Source: Moheibacter lacus
GTDB lineage: Bacteria; Bacteroidota; Bacteroidia; Flavobacteriales; Weeksellaceae
Assembly: GCA_040392505.1 (NCBI GenBank)
Contig: JBEBVY010000002.1
Location: forward strand, 21,129 to 85,128
Direction: 5' to 3'
Length of the DNA: 64,000 bases
The position numbers and the translations under genes are program-made. The notes beneath the pieces are model-generated. The model was given only the letters and a program-made list of their open reading frames with translations. It had not been told where the DNA came from and ran no database searches. Shown here piece after piece: positions 10,135 through 20,536 of this stretch. The first letter of the stretch is position 1, and every line of letters begins with the position of its first letter.

Positions 10135-10998
10135 CTAATTTTTTGTTTTTGAAATTTGATAGATTATTGAAGAATAGTTTCCGTTAAAAACCCCTACAAA
10201 ATTGGAAATGCTGGCAATTAAAAAGGCACGCAAAAAACCAAATGAAGTTTTTTTATATTTTTCAGAAAGCATACTCACATAGTAACTATCAAACCACAAT
10301 GGATAGGTTTTTTCAATTTTCATACCAAAACTGTTAAAAAGGGTTTGAATGCTTTCGGGCGAAAAGTGCCAGAGGTGTCTCGGAACATCATATGCAGCCC
10401 AATAATTTTGATAGAATTTGGCGTCAAAAGATTGATAGTTGGGAACGGCGACGAATAATTTCCCGTTGTCATTCATTTTGGATTTTAATTCTTCTATAAA
10501 AGACATTAAATCCGGAATGTGTTCCAAAACATGCCAGAGTGTTATATAATCAAATTGGGATTCAACTTCAGAAAGCTTTTGGTTTGAAGCGTTGTTTTCT
10601 CCAATCTTTTTTTGCGTAATGAGCAACGCTGCTTCATTGGGCTCGATCCCAAAAACGTCCATTCCTTTTTGTTGGGCATAAGCCAAAAAATCTCCGGTTC
10701 CGCAACCAAAATCCAGAAGGGAAGCCTGTTTTTTGGAAACCTTTAATTTTTTGAATTTATAACGGATGTTGTAGTTTTTAACAAACTGATAAACGCGCTC
10801 AAACAAACTGTTTTTTGCATCAGTATGCGATATATAGTCCTTGCTGTCGTAATATTTTTCTAAGTGATCCAACTGCTGTGGATGGGTTTCCAAAAAGCCA
10901 TATGTTTCATTTTGGTACAATTCAAATTCCTCTTTACTGAGAAAATAATCTCTCAATTTTATTATGGGAACCTTTGAAATTCGTTTATTATCAGTCAC
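10135..10998 (-). CDS. Class I SAM-dependent methyltransferase
   Basis: LLDFGCGTG, FGIEP, FDYITLWHVLEH, YDVPRHL. Confidence 0.88.
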   Translation of the reverse strand: MTDNKRISKVPIIKLRDYFLSKEEFELYQNETYGFLETHPQQLDHLEKYYDSKDYISHTDAKNSLFERVYQFVKNYNIRYKFKKLKVSKKQASLLDFGCGTGDFLAYAQQKGMDVFGIEPNEAALLITQKKIGENNASNQKLSEVESQFDYITLWHVLEHIPDLMSFIEELKSKMNDNGKLFVAVPNYQSFDAKFYQNYWAAYDVPRHLWHFSPESIQTLFNSFGMKIEKTYPLWFDSYYVSMLSEKYKKTSFGFLRAFLIASISNFVGVFNGNYSSIIYQISKTKN

Positions 10999-11007
10999 TT
11001 ATATTTT

Positions 11008-11023
11008 TGTTTCACGTGGAACA
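11008..11023. promoter_or_regulatory. parS centromere-like site
   Basis: TGTTTCACGTGGAACA, one mismatch from the widely conserved parS TGTTTCACGTGAAACA; intergenic. Confidence 0.88.
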
Positions 11024-11029
11024 ATCGGT

Positions 11030-12898
11030 TTATCGGCCCATAAATACCAACAAAATACTAATGTCTGAAGGAGAGACACCACTTATTCTTGATGCTTGGG
11101 CGATGGTTTGCGGCTTTATTTGACTTAGTTTTTGCCGCGCCTCTGTTGAAATAGACTTCAGTTGCGAATAATCAAATCCCTGTGGGATTTTTAAATTTTC
11201 CAGACGTTTGAGTTTGTCAGCATTGTCTTTTTCTTTTTGGATATAGCCCCGGTATTTCATTTGGATTTCAGATTGCTCAACTTCTTCTTCGTCCAATTCG
11301 TTTTCTGTAATAAAGGTTGAAACACGATCTAATTTTGTTAAATCACCCATAGAAATTTCAGGTCGTGTAATGACCGAACCCATTTTCACGCTTTGTGTCA
11401 TTGGAGATCCACCTCCATTCAAAATCGCCGGATTTATTTCATCGGGAGTGATGGATTGTGATTCCAGATAATCGACCAATTGGGAAGCTTTGGTATATTT
11501 TTTTTCCATTCGTTTTAAACGCTCGTCAGACGCCAGACCGATTGTATGTGCCATTGCGGTCAAACGCTCGTCCGCATTGTCTTGTCGCAATAAAATGCGG
11601 TATTCTGCTCGGGAAGTAAACATGCGGTAGGGTTCTTCTGTTCCTTTGGTAATTAAATCGTCGATCAATACACCTATATAAGCTTCATTTCTTTTTAATA
11701 TAAATGAATCTTTTTCATTTATTTTTAAATGGGCATTGATTCCCGCCATCAAACCTTGGCTTGCGGCCTCTTCATAGCCGGTTGTTCCATTAATTTGACC
11801 GGCAAAATAGAGATTATTGATCAATTTGGTTTCCAGCGTATGCTGTAGTTGCGTAGGAGGGAAGTAATCATATTCAATGGCATATCCCGGTCTGAATATT
11901 TTGGCTTTTTCAAATCCTGGAATGGAACGAAGTGCCTTTGCTTGTACATCATCGGGCAATGAAGTAGAAAAGCCGTTGACATAATATTCGATAGTATCCC
12001 AACCTTCCGGTTCCGCAAATATCTGGTGTCTTTCACGTTCGGAAAAACGGTTGATTTTGTCTTCAATGGAAGGACAATAGCGAGGCCCGGTACTTTGAAT
12101 GGTGCCGTTGAACATGGGAGATCTGCTGAATCCTTCGCGTAATAAATCATGAACCTCCTGATTGGTATAAGTAATCCAACAGCTTCTTTGATGAGTCAAT
12201 TTGGAAGTAGAAGTAAAAGAAAATTTTTGGGGGATTTCATCTCCTTTTTGTTCTTCCATTTTGGAAAAATCCAATGATCTTCCGTCTACCCGGGGAGGCG
12301 TTCCGGTTTTCATTCTTCCTGATTCAAACCCCAATTGCACCAATTGTTCCGTGATGCCTGTTGCGGCCTTTTCGCCCATTCTTCCTCCACCGAATTGTTT
12401 TTCGCCGATGTGAATTAGTCCATTTAAAAAGGTTCCATTTGTTAAAATTACCGCTTTGGAATAAATCTTCATTCCCATGCCTGTTTGCACGCCTACGACG
12501 GCATTATTTTCAATGATCAGCCCATTTACCATATCTTGAAAAAAGTCAACATTTGGATTTTCTTCCAGAGTTAAGCGCCATTTTTCCGCAAACCGCATTC
12601 GGTCTGATTGCGCTCGCGGGCTCCACATAGCCGGGCCCTTTGAAAGGTTTAGCATTTTAAATTGAATCATGGTTTCATCCGTAATGATGCCGGACATTCC
12701 TCCCAAAGCATCGATTTCACGAACGATTTGTCCTTTTGCGATTCCGCCCATGGCCGGGTTGCAAGACATTTGGCCGATGGCTTGTAAATTCATGGTCACC
12801 AATAAAGTTTTGGAGCCCATTTTTGCCGCAGCAGAAGCGGCCTCTGCGCCTGCGTGTCCTCCACCAACTACAATTATATCGTAATTATCTAAAAACAT
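11030..12898 (-). CDS. mnmG: tRNA uridine-5-carboxymethylaminomethyl(34) synthesis enzyme MnmG (GidA)
   Basis: GGGHAG, MSCNPAMGG, GPRYCPSIEDK, GQINGTTGYEEA, YRMFTSRAEYR. Confidence 0.98.
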   Translation of the reverse strand: MFLDNYDIIVVGGGHAGAEAASAAAKMGSKTLLVTMNLQAIGQMSCNPAMGGIAKGQIVREIDALGGMSGIITDETMIQFKMLNLSKGPAMWSPRAQSDRMRFAEKWRLTLEENPNVDFFQDMVNGLIIENNAVVGVQTGMGMKIYSKAVILTNGTFLNGLIHIGEKQFGGGRMGEKAATGITEQLVQLGFESGRMKTGTPPRVDGRSLDFSKMEEQKGDEIPQKFSFTSTSKLTHQRSCWITYTNQEVHDLLREGFSRSPMFNGTIQSTGPRYCPSIEDKINRFSERERHQIFAEPEGWDTIEYYVNGFSTSLPDDVQAKALRSIPGFEKAKIFRPGYAIEYDYFPPTQLQHTLETKLINNLYFAGQINGTTGYEEAASQGLMAGINAHLKINEKDSFILKRNEAYIGVLIDDLITKGTEEPYRMFTSRAEYRILLRQDNADERLTAMAHTIGLASDERLKRMEKKYTKASQLVDYLESQSITPDEINPAILNGGGSPMTQSVKMGSVITRPEISMGDLTKLDRVSTFITENELDEEEVEQSEIQMKYRGYIQKEKDNADKLKRLENLKIPQGFDYSQLKSISTEARQKLSQIKPQTIAQASRISGVSPSDISILLVFMGR

Positions 12899-12918
12899 TT
12901 TGAATTTTTAATATTGAA

Positions 12919-12934
12919 TGTTCCACGTGGAACA
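12919..12934. promoter_or_regulatory. parS centromere-like site
   Basis: Perfect 16-bp palindrome TGTTCCACGTGGAACA in the ybeY-mnmG gap. Confidence 0.9.
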
Positions 12935-12935
12935 A

Positions 12936-13355
12936 TTAAATTATTTCCACAAAAAAGGCTAAATATTTTTCTTCAGCTTTTCGCATTTTTTCTGCCTCTG
13001 CGTCTGTTTTATCTTTGTAATCCATGAAGTGTAAAATTCCATGAATCATAACGCGCGCGAGTTCATTTTCAAATGATTTCTGATGATTTTCTGCGTTTTC
13101 TTTCACCCGGTCAACGCTTATATAAATGTCTCCCGAGAGTTGTTTGCCTTCCGAATATTGAAATCCGATAACGTCCGTATAATAATCGTGTTCTAAATAT
13201 TCAATGTTGATTTGTAGCAAATATTCATCATCACAGAAAATATAATTGACTTCTTCGGTTTCAAAACCTTCTTTTTTCACAGAAGATTCGAGCCAATCTT
13301 TCCAAACGGGCTCATTCTCAATTACAAAATTGGTTTCATAGAAAATTGAAATCAT
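12936..13355 (-). CDS. ybeY: rRNA maturation endoribonuclease YbeY
   Basis: HDYYTDVI, GDIYIS, IHGILHFMDYKD zinc motif (third His position not canonical). Confidence 0.92.
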   Translation of the reverse strand: MISIFYETNFVIENEPVWKDWLESSVKKEGFETEEVNYIFCDDEYLLQINIEYLEHDYYTDVIGFQYSEGKQLSGDIYISVDRVKENAENHQKSFENELARVMIHGILHFMDYKDKTDAEAEKMRKAEEKYLAFFVEII

Positions 13356-13364
13356 TTTGCAAAG

Positions 13365-15554
13365 TTAAAACCAAAATCCGAGAGAAACATTGAACAGACC
13401 CTTTTTTGTATAGGGAGAGTATGTCCATAGTCCGGAAATTGGGCCCAAAGGGCTGTCGTATCCGTAACCGATTCCATATCCTACGTATTTGTATTTAAAA
13501 AGATTTAATTCATTAAAATCATTTTCAACATTTCCAACGTTGACAAAACCTGAGACATAATGATTGCGTAAAAATCGCCCCTGGATTTTTGAACCGACTA
13601 TCATCACATTATCTCCTGCGGAATATAGAAACGGCAAACCATAAAATTTTGAATAATTCATAAATGATTGTTCCACGAAGCCACCTAAAAGAAATTTTTG
13701 GGAAACAGGAGGAAAGTTGCTGAAATAGGTGCCAAAGGATCCAAATCCTTTTATAGAGAGCCATCGGTTTATTGATTTATTTCCCTCAACATTGAGGGTC
13801 AACATAGAGGTTTCATTAAAATCGTCTGAATTTGAACTGAAAAGATATTTAAATAATCCATTGAATTTTAGTCCGTTACGAGGAAAGTTGGGGTTGTCTA
13901 AATTGTCTGCCTTCAGATAGCCGATGGCGCTAAGGAAATAACTGTTTTCAATTATTTTATTGGGATCTGAAGCGGGTAAATTATTTGTATGAATATCTAA
14001 ATATTGATGTTCAACACCTCCTCCGATCGCATATTTCTCAAATAATGTAGACTGCATATAAGCCTGATTTGTGAATTCGTTGAACTGATAATTTAAAGAC
14101 ACATCTTCAGCATTTTCATTAAAATGAATCAAATTGGCACCGATGTCAAATTGTTTAAATCCGGAAAAAATCCCGAAACTGGGATAAATTCCGTTATCTA
14201 TATAGTAATTGAGTTCATATCTCGGGAAATCGCCCAGCACCACATCTGCCGACAAAACGGAATTATTGACCAGCAGCCGCTTGGCTGTAAAGTTTATCAA
14301 GAGACCCGTTTTAAACAAATCGTCATAATGCAAACCAAATTTTAGCGATTGATTAGAGGATTCTTCCCGCACAAATAACGATAGGGTTTTATGACCCTTT
14401 TCGTTTTCCTTAATCCGATAATAAACTTTACTGAAATTTCCTGATGCATAAAGAGATTTTATACCATCCCGTATATTTTTGTAACTGACTAAATGAGGTG
14501 GTTTTATCCCCAGTTTTCCTTTTATGTAGGACCTGTTAAAAGACTCCAAACCATTGATTTCCAAATCAGTAATCAATATGTACTCAGCTTCTTCACGGCT
14601 AGTAGTGTGGAGGTCTAAGTTTCCTTGTGCTCTTGCGATTTCTTGTAATTCAGGCAGTACTTTTTGCGCTGCAATCGTTCCTGCGTTTATGATTTTATCC
14701 TTTTGATCAAAACTCGTTACCGAAAAACCGGTTAAATCGGGTCGTATAGTGAGGTCAACCAACTCACTTTGTTCCTTTGATTTTTCTGCAATTCCGTAGG
14801 AAATAATTTGTTCTATGACTTTAGTGGCAGAATTTAATTCATCTTGCCCTAAAAGACCCTCCTGTAAATCTATGCCGATGATGATATCAGCGCCCATGTC
14901 GATTACTTCTTGTACCGGATAATTATTTCTTACGCCACCGTCTATATACATTTCGCCGTCTATGTAAACGGGCTCCAAAAGAGTCGGATAAGCCCCACTT
15001 GCCATTACAACTTGCGGTAAATATCCTTCCCGAAACACAACAGATTCTCCGTTATTTAATTTGGTGGCTACACAAACAAAGGGAATGGGAAGGTCATTAA
15101 AATCCTGGATGTGGTGTACATGACGGAACAAATAAGTCAACTCCTCGACGGTTCCTTGTCCACTCGAAATAGCATTGGGAAACCCCAGTTTAAAATTATC
15201 GAAAGGCAGTTCGAGGATATATTTCTCTCTATAAGATTTATCAAAAAAAGGAAGTTCTCTGCGGGACTTTTCGTTCATGATCATATTTTTAAGGTCTAAA
15301 GAATACATAATATCCCTTAATTCATCTGCTGAATATCCCGAAGCATATAATCCGCCAACAATGGCTCCAATGCTGGTTCCTCCTATATAATCTACTTTTA
15401 TTCCCGCCTCTTCAATTATTTTTAAAGCACCGATATGTGCATATCCTTTGGCTCCGCCTCCGCTTAAAACAACACCAACCTTTGGACGTTCTTTGGTTTG
15501 GGAGGAAAGGAAACCAAAAAAAAGAATACATAAAATGATAAGGCTGAAACGCAT
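13365..15554 (-). CDS. Patatin-like phospholipase with POTRA-like and C-terminal beta-barrel regions
   Basis: Signal peptide, GGGAKG, GTSIG nucleophile, DGG; C-terminal GYGYDSPLGPI...LGFWF barrel signature. Confidence 0.85.
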   Translation of the reverse strand: MRFSLIILCILFFGFLSSQTKERPKVGVVLSGGGAKGYAHIGALKIIEEAGIKVDYIGGTSIGAIVGGLYASGYSADELRDIMYSLDLKNMIMNEKSRRELPFFDKSYREKYILELPFDNFKLGFPNAISSGQGTVEELTYLFRHVHHIQDFNDLPIPFVCVATKLNNGESVVFREGYLPQVVMASGAYPTLLEPVYIDGEMYIDGGVRNNYPVQEVIDMGADIIIGIDLQEGLLGQDELNSATKVIEQIISYGIAEKSKEQSELVDLTIRPDLTGFSVTSFDQKDKIINAGTIAAQKVLPELQEIARAQGNLDLHTTSREEAEYILITDLEINGLESFNRSYIKGKLGIKPPHLVSYKNIRDGIKSLYASGNFSKVYYRIKENEKGHKTLSLFVREESSNQSLKFGLHYDDLFKTGLLINFTAKRLLVNNSVLSADVVLGDFPRYELNYYIDNGIYPSFGIFSGFKQFDIGANLIHFNENAEDVSLNYQFNEFTNQAYMQSTLFEKYAIGGGVEHQYLDIHTNNLPASDPNKIIENSYFLSAIGYLKADNLDNPNFPRNGLKFNGLFKYLFSSNSDDFNETSMLTLNVEGNKSINRWLSIKGFGSFGTYFSNFPPVSQKFLLGGFVEQSFMNYSKFYGLPFLYSAGDNVMIVGSKIQGRFLRNHYVSGFVNVGNVENDFNELNLFKYKYVGYGIGYGYDSPLGPISGLWTYSPYTKKGLFNVSLGFWF

Positions 15555-15660
15555 AATCTACAGAGCTTTGACAAATGTAAGATTTGAATTCATCGAACCT
15601 AACAAAAATAAGCCCAGAATTTGAGTGAATTGTGTTAATTTTACGGAAAAATTTGAAGAT

Positions 15661-16668
15661 ATGAAAGTGGCCGTAGTGGGCGCCACCGGGATGGTGGGTC
15701 GTGTGATGCTGAAAGTGTTAGAAGAAAGAAATTTTCCTGTAGACGAATTAATTCCGGTTGCGTCAGAACGTTCAGTTGGAAATAAAATCGAATTTAAAGG
15801 AAAAGAATATGAAATAGTTTCCATGCAGACAGCCATGGAAATGCAGCCCGAAATAGCGCTTTTTTCTGCCGGTGGAGACACTTCCAAACAATGGGCGCCT
15901 AAATTTGCAGAAGTAGGAACCACGGTGATAGACAATTCTTCCGCATGGCGCATGGAACCTCAGATTCCATTGGTCGTTCCTGAAATTAACGCTCCTATCT
16001 TGACAACAGACCATAAAATAATCGCCAATCCCAATTGTTCTACCATCCAATTGGTCATGGTGCTAAATCCTTTGAACAAAAAATACGACATCAAACGAGT
16101 GGTGGTTTCGACCTATCAATCCGTAACGGGAACCGGAAAAGAGGCGGTTGAACAATTGGAAGGAGAAATAAAAGGAACGAACCCCAAAATGAAATATCCT
16201 TATCCTATATTTAAAAATGCATTGCCTCATTGTGATGTTTTTGAAGAAGGAGGCTACACAAAAGAGGAGCTGAAATTGACGCGTGAAACCCAGAAAATTC
16301 TGGATGATCGCACCATCGCCTTAACCGCCACAGCCATACGCGTTCCCGTTCAGGGAGGGCATTCGGAATCGGTGAATGTCGAATTCAATAATCCTTATGA
16401 CGAATCGGAACTGCGAAAATTATTACATGAAACACCGGGCGTGGTTTTGCAGGACAATCCCGAGACCAACACTTATCCCATGCCGCTTTATGTCGAAGGA
16501 AAAGACGATGTTTTTGTGGGAAGAATCCGTCGGGATTTATCACAAGCCAATTCTGTCAATATGTGGATAGTGGCTGATAATTTACGAAAAGGAGCTGCTA
16601 CGAATGCCGTTCAAATTGCCGAATATCTGGTAGCAAACAATTTGATAAAGAAATCTTCGCTGGTTTAG
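15661..16668 (+). CDS. asd: Aspartate-semialdehyde dehydrogenase
   Basis: VAVVGATGMVG, DNSSAWRM, IIANPNCST, ADNLRKGAA; ATG at 15661. Confidence 0.97.
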   Translation: MKVAVVGATGMVGRVMLKVLEERNFPVDELIPVASERSVGNKIEFKGKEYEIVSMQTAMEMQPEIALFSAGGDTSKQWAPKFAEVGTTVIDNSSAWRMEPQIPLVVPEINAPILTTDHKIIANPNCSTIQLVMVLNPLNKKYDIKRVVVSTYQSVTGTGKEAVEQLEGEIKGTNPKMKYPYPIFKNALPHCDVFEEGGYTKEELKLTRETQKILDDRTIALTATAIRVPVQGGHSESVNVEFNNPYDESELRKLLHETPGVVLQDNPETNTYPMPLYVEGKDDVFVGRIRRDLSQANSVNMWIVADNLRKGAATNAVQIAEYLVANNLIKKSSLV

Positions 16669-16680
16669 CTAGCCCAAGAA

Positions 16681-17454
16681 ATGCAAATAGAAAGCCTTCA
16701 AAATCCGAAAATCAAAAACCTGCAGAAACTACAGGAAAAATCGCGTGAACGGAAAAAACAAGGTCTTTTTGTGGTGGAAGGAGTTCAAGAAAACCAATTG
16801 GCGCTGGATGCTGATTTTGATCCGGTAGAATTTTTTATTTGTCCAAGTATTTTTTCTCATTCTTTTGAAATAAAAGCTTCCCTTCAGAACGAAGTATCAA
16901 ATTCATTGTTTGAAAAAATCGCATACCGTGGAACCACAGGTGGCATCATCGGCATTTATAAAATAAAAACGAAGGAATTAAACGAGGTGCGATTGCCCGA
17001 AAATTCTCTGATTGTCGTTTTGGAAAGCGTGGAGAAGCCGGGAAATTTAGGAGCTGTTTTGCGGACTTGTGATGGTGCGGGAGTGGGTTTGGTTGTGGTA
17101 TGTGATCCATTGGTTGATTTTTTTAATCCCAATGTAATCAGAAGCAGTGTGGGTACTGTTTTTACCAATCAATTGGTCAGCACCACAAAAGAAGAATTGG
17201 TCAGTTGGCTTAAAAAAGAAAAGATTCAGATACTTTCGACCTTTTTGAAACCCAACACAAAAAGTTTGTATGAGATGGATTTTTCAAAAAGTTCAGCCAT
17301 CGTTTTGGGAACCGAGGCATTTGGGTTGACAGAATTTTGGGTTGAAAATTCTGACGAATTGATAAAAATTCCCATGAACGGAAAAGTGGACTCACTCAAT
17401 GTCAGTAATGCTGCTGCTATCTGTATTTACGAAGCGGTCAGACAAAGAAACTAA
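16681..17454 (+). CDS. TrmH/SpoU family RNA methyltransferase
   Basis: EKPGNLGAVLRT, GTEAFGL, IPMNGKVDSLNVS SPOUT motifs. Confidence 0.92.
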   Translation: MQIESLQNPKIKNLQKLQEKSRERKKQGLFVVEGVQENQLALDADFDPVEFFICPSIFSHSFEIKASLQNEVSNSLFEKIAYRGTTGGIIGIYKIKTKELNEVRLPENSLIVVLESVEKPGNLGAVLRTCDGAGVGLVVVCDPLVDFFNPNVIRSSVGTVFTNQLVSTTKEELVSWLKKEKIQILSTFLKPNTKSLYEMDFSKSSAIVLGTEAFGLTEFWVENSDELIKIPMNGKVDSLNVSNAAAICIYEAVRQRN

Positions 17455-17518
17455 AATTCGGTTTTTTGTCAAAAATCGAACAAAAAACGACCTTCATAAA
17501 TTCGATTTACAAAAAAAA

Positions 17519-18232
17519 CTATTGAAAAACCTGATTCAATACCTCCAGAGATTTTGGTTGGCGGAAATCGGAAATATGAAGCTCAAAGTACTTCAAAAGA
17601 GTAGAAAGAATTGATTTTCGTTGGATTTGGTTGAATTGAGATTGGGTTTGATTTTGAAAATCGACTGAAATTAATTTTTCAAAATTCTGGAGATCGGAAT
17701 CCGAAATATAAATTCCGGTCGGAATTTCATTTGATGACACACCATTGTTTAGATCAAAATAGGGAAACCCTTTTTCAAAATGAGGATAAAATCCGAGGAA
17801 TTTGGTAAGGTTCAACAAAAACCACAAATGGAAATCGGAAAAGCCTGAAATTTTTTGATCAAATTCAAAAATCGAATTTTCCAAAAATTCAAATAACGCC
17901 CGATTGGGTTCTTCTTCTTTCAGAACGCTGTTTAAAATTTCGGTCAAGAACAAAATGATGGTTGTTTTTTCCGGTTGAAGATGGATGCTGCTAAAATGTT
18001 TGGAAGCGTTAATTTCCTTGAGGAAGAAAAGCGATTGGTTGGGTTTTTCGTCATAAACCAATTCGACAAAATTAAAAGAAAACAGAAGAGAATTCGTCCG
18101 ATTTTTTTTGGCATAAATTGATTTTGAAATACAGGAAACAAGCCCATGGTTCAGGGTAAAAAATTTCACAATTTTTCCAGAATCACCGTATTTTATAGCA
18201 TTTAGGACAATTGCGGGTGTTTTGACAAGCAT
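17519..18232 (-). CDS. recO: DNA repair protein RecO
   Basis: N-terminal OB fold (AIVL...KYGDS...FT...G), LGFYP, FDL..G, KSLEVL. Confidence 0.88.
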   Translation of the reverse strand: MLVKTPAIVLNAIKYGDSGKIVKFFTLNHGLVSCISKSIYAKKNRTNSLLFSFNFVELVYDEKPNQSLFFLKEINASKHFSSIHLQPEKTTIILFLTEILNSVLKEEEPNRALFEFLENSIFEFDQKISGFSDFHLWFLLNLTKFLGFYPHFEKGFPYFDLNNGVSSNEIPTGIYISDSDLQNFEKLISVDFQNQTQSQFNQIQRKSILSTLLKYFELHISDFRQPKSLEVLNQVFQ

Positions 18233-20518
18233 TTATCGGACGATTGCTATTTTTGTTTGTTTGGTTTCAGTAGCATCCTGATTGGACATCAAAACCAAAT
18301 AAATTCCGGAAGCAACCAATTTCCCGTTCATGTTTCGGGTGTTCCATTTGGCAACTCCTCCTGATGCTTTGGTTTTAAACACTAGATTTCCCACTACATC
18401 CACAATTCTTACATCGGCTTCATTGGGCAATCCTTTGATGGTCACATCTCCTGTAAATCCGGGTCGAACCGGGTTGGGATAAGAATAAACATCTCCAAAT
18501 GAATCCCCTACTACCACGGCGTCACTTCGGAAGGACACGGCTCCTTTGTCTGTGGCAAAATACACCACGCCGGTTGTCATTTCGACTTTTATTTTATTGA
18601 CGCGGTTGGATGGCAAAGGAGAGTTCTCCGCGGTAAAATGATAAACCGTTTCGGTTCCGTCTTCAGAAAAACAGTAAACGCCACCGGTGTCGGTTGAGAC
18701 CCATTTTTGATTGGCTCCGTCTATTTGAATGTCGGTTACGGCTATGTCGGTCAGTACGGCCTCCGGGATACCGTCTTGTTCGATGATGACGGGTTCGGCC
18801 TGAAAAGAGCCGGATTGGACGGCTTGAATGGGGTTATATAAAACCCTGAGACCCAATGTTGTACCGATCCACAATACACCGTCTTGGTCTATGGCAACAC
18901 CCAGGATTTCGTCGGAGGGTAAATTTCCAGAGGTGGGGTGGGAGTCTATCGTATAGAATTCTTGCAAATTGGTCATTTTCATACCGCTATGTGATCTGGG
19001 CAAAGGCAGGAATGCATATCCTTGGTAGATCACAGGTTTACGGTTGCTTGCGTCTCCTCCAGAAGCCTGAACGTTTATGGATTCCCAGTTTCCTGAAGCG
19101 GATTTACGCAGCATATAAGTGTCTCCGCCCGGCGCACCCACATAAGATTGTCCCACCCATAGATTTCCATCCTCATCCATGGCGCTGCCCCCTATGCGTT
19201 CCAAAGCAAGTAATCCGGAGTTGTCGTGGTTATAATGCTCGAGCATCTGACCGCTTTTGTATTTAAACATACCTATACTGCTGTTGTCTATATAGGAAGA
19301 TTCATGATAGGATGAAACATAGACTTCAGTAGAATCGGAAGGATTTACTTCGATATCAACGATATCTCTTGCGCCGAGCATTTCCTCAGAAGTATTATGA
19401 ATCCAATTTGTTCCGTTAAAATGATAGAATCCATCTTTGTTCCCTTGGGGAGAATTATAATTGTTCATTCCTCCGGGCGCAATCCAAATTTGGTTTCCCA
19501 AAGCCGTTACAGAATAAGATTTGTTGTTATAGGGACCGTCCGGTTTGATTTCTTCCAAATTGTTTATCAAACCAAATAACCTTGAACCACCATAAGTGGT
19601 AGTGCCTATTTTCAGTCCCGTATTGAGCGATTGCGAAAAAGAGACCGATTCCAAAACCCCAAATGTTTCGTTGTAATTTGTCACTGAATTGGCTTGTGTG
19701 ATGCTCAAAACGGCACCGTTTACACTTAAATCACGCAATCCCGGAAAAAGCCCAAAAGAGGTCCAGTTATTTCCATCAAACCGATAGACACTGTCACCTG
19801 AGGCGGCCACTAAATTTCCTTGGAAAACGACGATTTGTTGAAATGCCGTTGTCGGCAATCCCGCCGGTTGGGACCAGGAAGTAAAATTAGCGATGAACTC
19901 ATCGAGTGTATGAAAAAAAATGCCCCGATCACTGGCGGCATAAATAATATCATTCAAAACCACGGATTCCTTGACGCCAAAATAAACACCGGACTGTGTG
20001 AAATAGCAGGTTTCCATGAATTCAAAATCCTCCAGACTGAAGGAAGCCAATCCGAATTCTCCGGAAATAATAGCGGTATTTTGAGAAGGAAAAATGTGGT
20101 TGACTATTTTGCTTCCGGTATAGGATTGGTGCAGGGGAATTTCAAGAAGATTGTGATTTTCTTCCGCCCCTAACATGTCCATTTCTCCTCGTTCATAACC
20201 CACCAACAGCAAACCGTTTTCAGGGCTGTAACTAAACGCCGAAACACCCACATCGTTTAGATCGGTTACTTTTGAAATTTTTTCTAATTCTCCGCTATTG
20301 GGATCGTAGGTGAACAAACCATTTTCCGCACTACAGAAAATGAATCCGTTTATTTCCCAAATATGCCGTATGTTGTTATAAGAAAAATGATCTTCCCAAC
20401 GATCGATGTTGGTTTGGGTAAAACCAATGAATGGAAGAATAATAAATGAAAACAACCAAACAAATTTAAGTTGGGACATAAAGGAATGATCTATTTCAAA
20501 CCAACGGTTTTTAGTCAT
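18233..20518 (-). CDS. porZ: Type IX secretion system surface component PorZ
   Basis: WEDHFSY start, beta-propeller repeats (LWIGT, KWVST, ENSPLPS), C-terminal YSYPNPVRP...ASGIYLV..KIAIVR CTD; adjacent to recO. Confidence 0.8.
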   Translation of the reverse strand: MTKNRWFEIDHSFMSQLKFVWLFSFIILPFIGFTQTNIDRWEDHFSYNNIRHIWEINGFIFCSAENGLFTYDPNSGELEKISKVTDLNDVGVSAFSYSPENGLLLVGYERGEMDMLGAEENHNLLEIPLHQSYTGSKIVNHIFPSQNTAIISGEFGLASFSLEDFEFMETCYFTQSGVYFGVKESVVLNDIIYAASDRGIFFHTLDEFIANFTSWSQPAGLPTTAFQQIVVFQGNLVAASGDSVYRFDGNNWTSFGLFPGLRDLSVNGAVLSITQANSVTNYNETFGVLESVSFSQSLNTGLKIGTTTYGGSRLFGLINNLEEIKPDGPYNNKSYSVTALGNQIWIAPGGMNNYNSPQGNKDGFYHFNGTNWIHNTSEEMLGARDIVDIEVNPSDSTEVYVSSYHESSYIDNSSIGMFKYKSGQMLEHYNHDNSGLLALERIGGSAMDEDGNLWVGQSYVGAPGGDTYMLRKSASGNWESINVQASGGDASNRKPVIYQGYAFLPLPRSHSGMKMTNLQEFYTIDSHPTSGNLPSDEILGVAIDQDGVLWIGTTLGLRVLYNPIQAVQSGSFQAEPVIIEQDGIPEAVLTDIAVTDIQIDGANQKWVSTDTGGVYCFSEDGTETVYHFTAENSPLPSNRVNKIKVEMTTGVVYFATDKGAVSFRSDAVVVGDSFGDVYSYPNPVRPGFTGDVTIKGLPNEADVRIVDVVGNLVFKTKASGGVAKWNTRNMNGKLVASGIYLVLMSNQDATETKQTKIAIVR

Positions 20519-20536
20519 GATTTAGTATAATGAGCG

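Noticed and set aside
15558-15953. 131-aa minus-strand ORF
   Set aside because: Antisense shadow of asd; the other short nested ORFs in the track were dismissed for the same reason.
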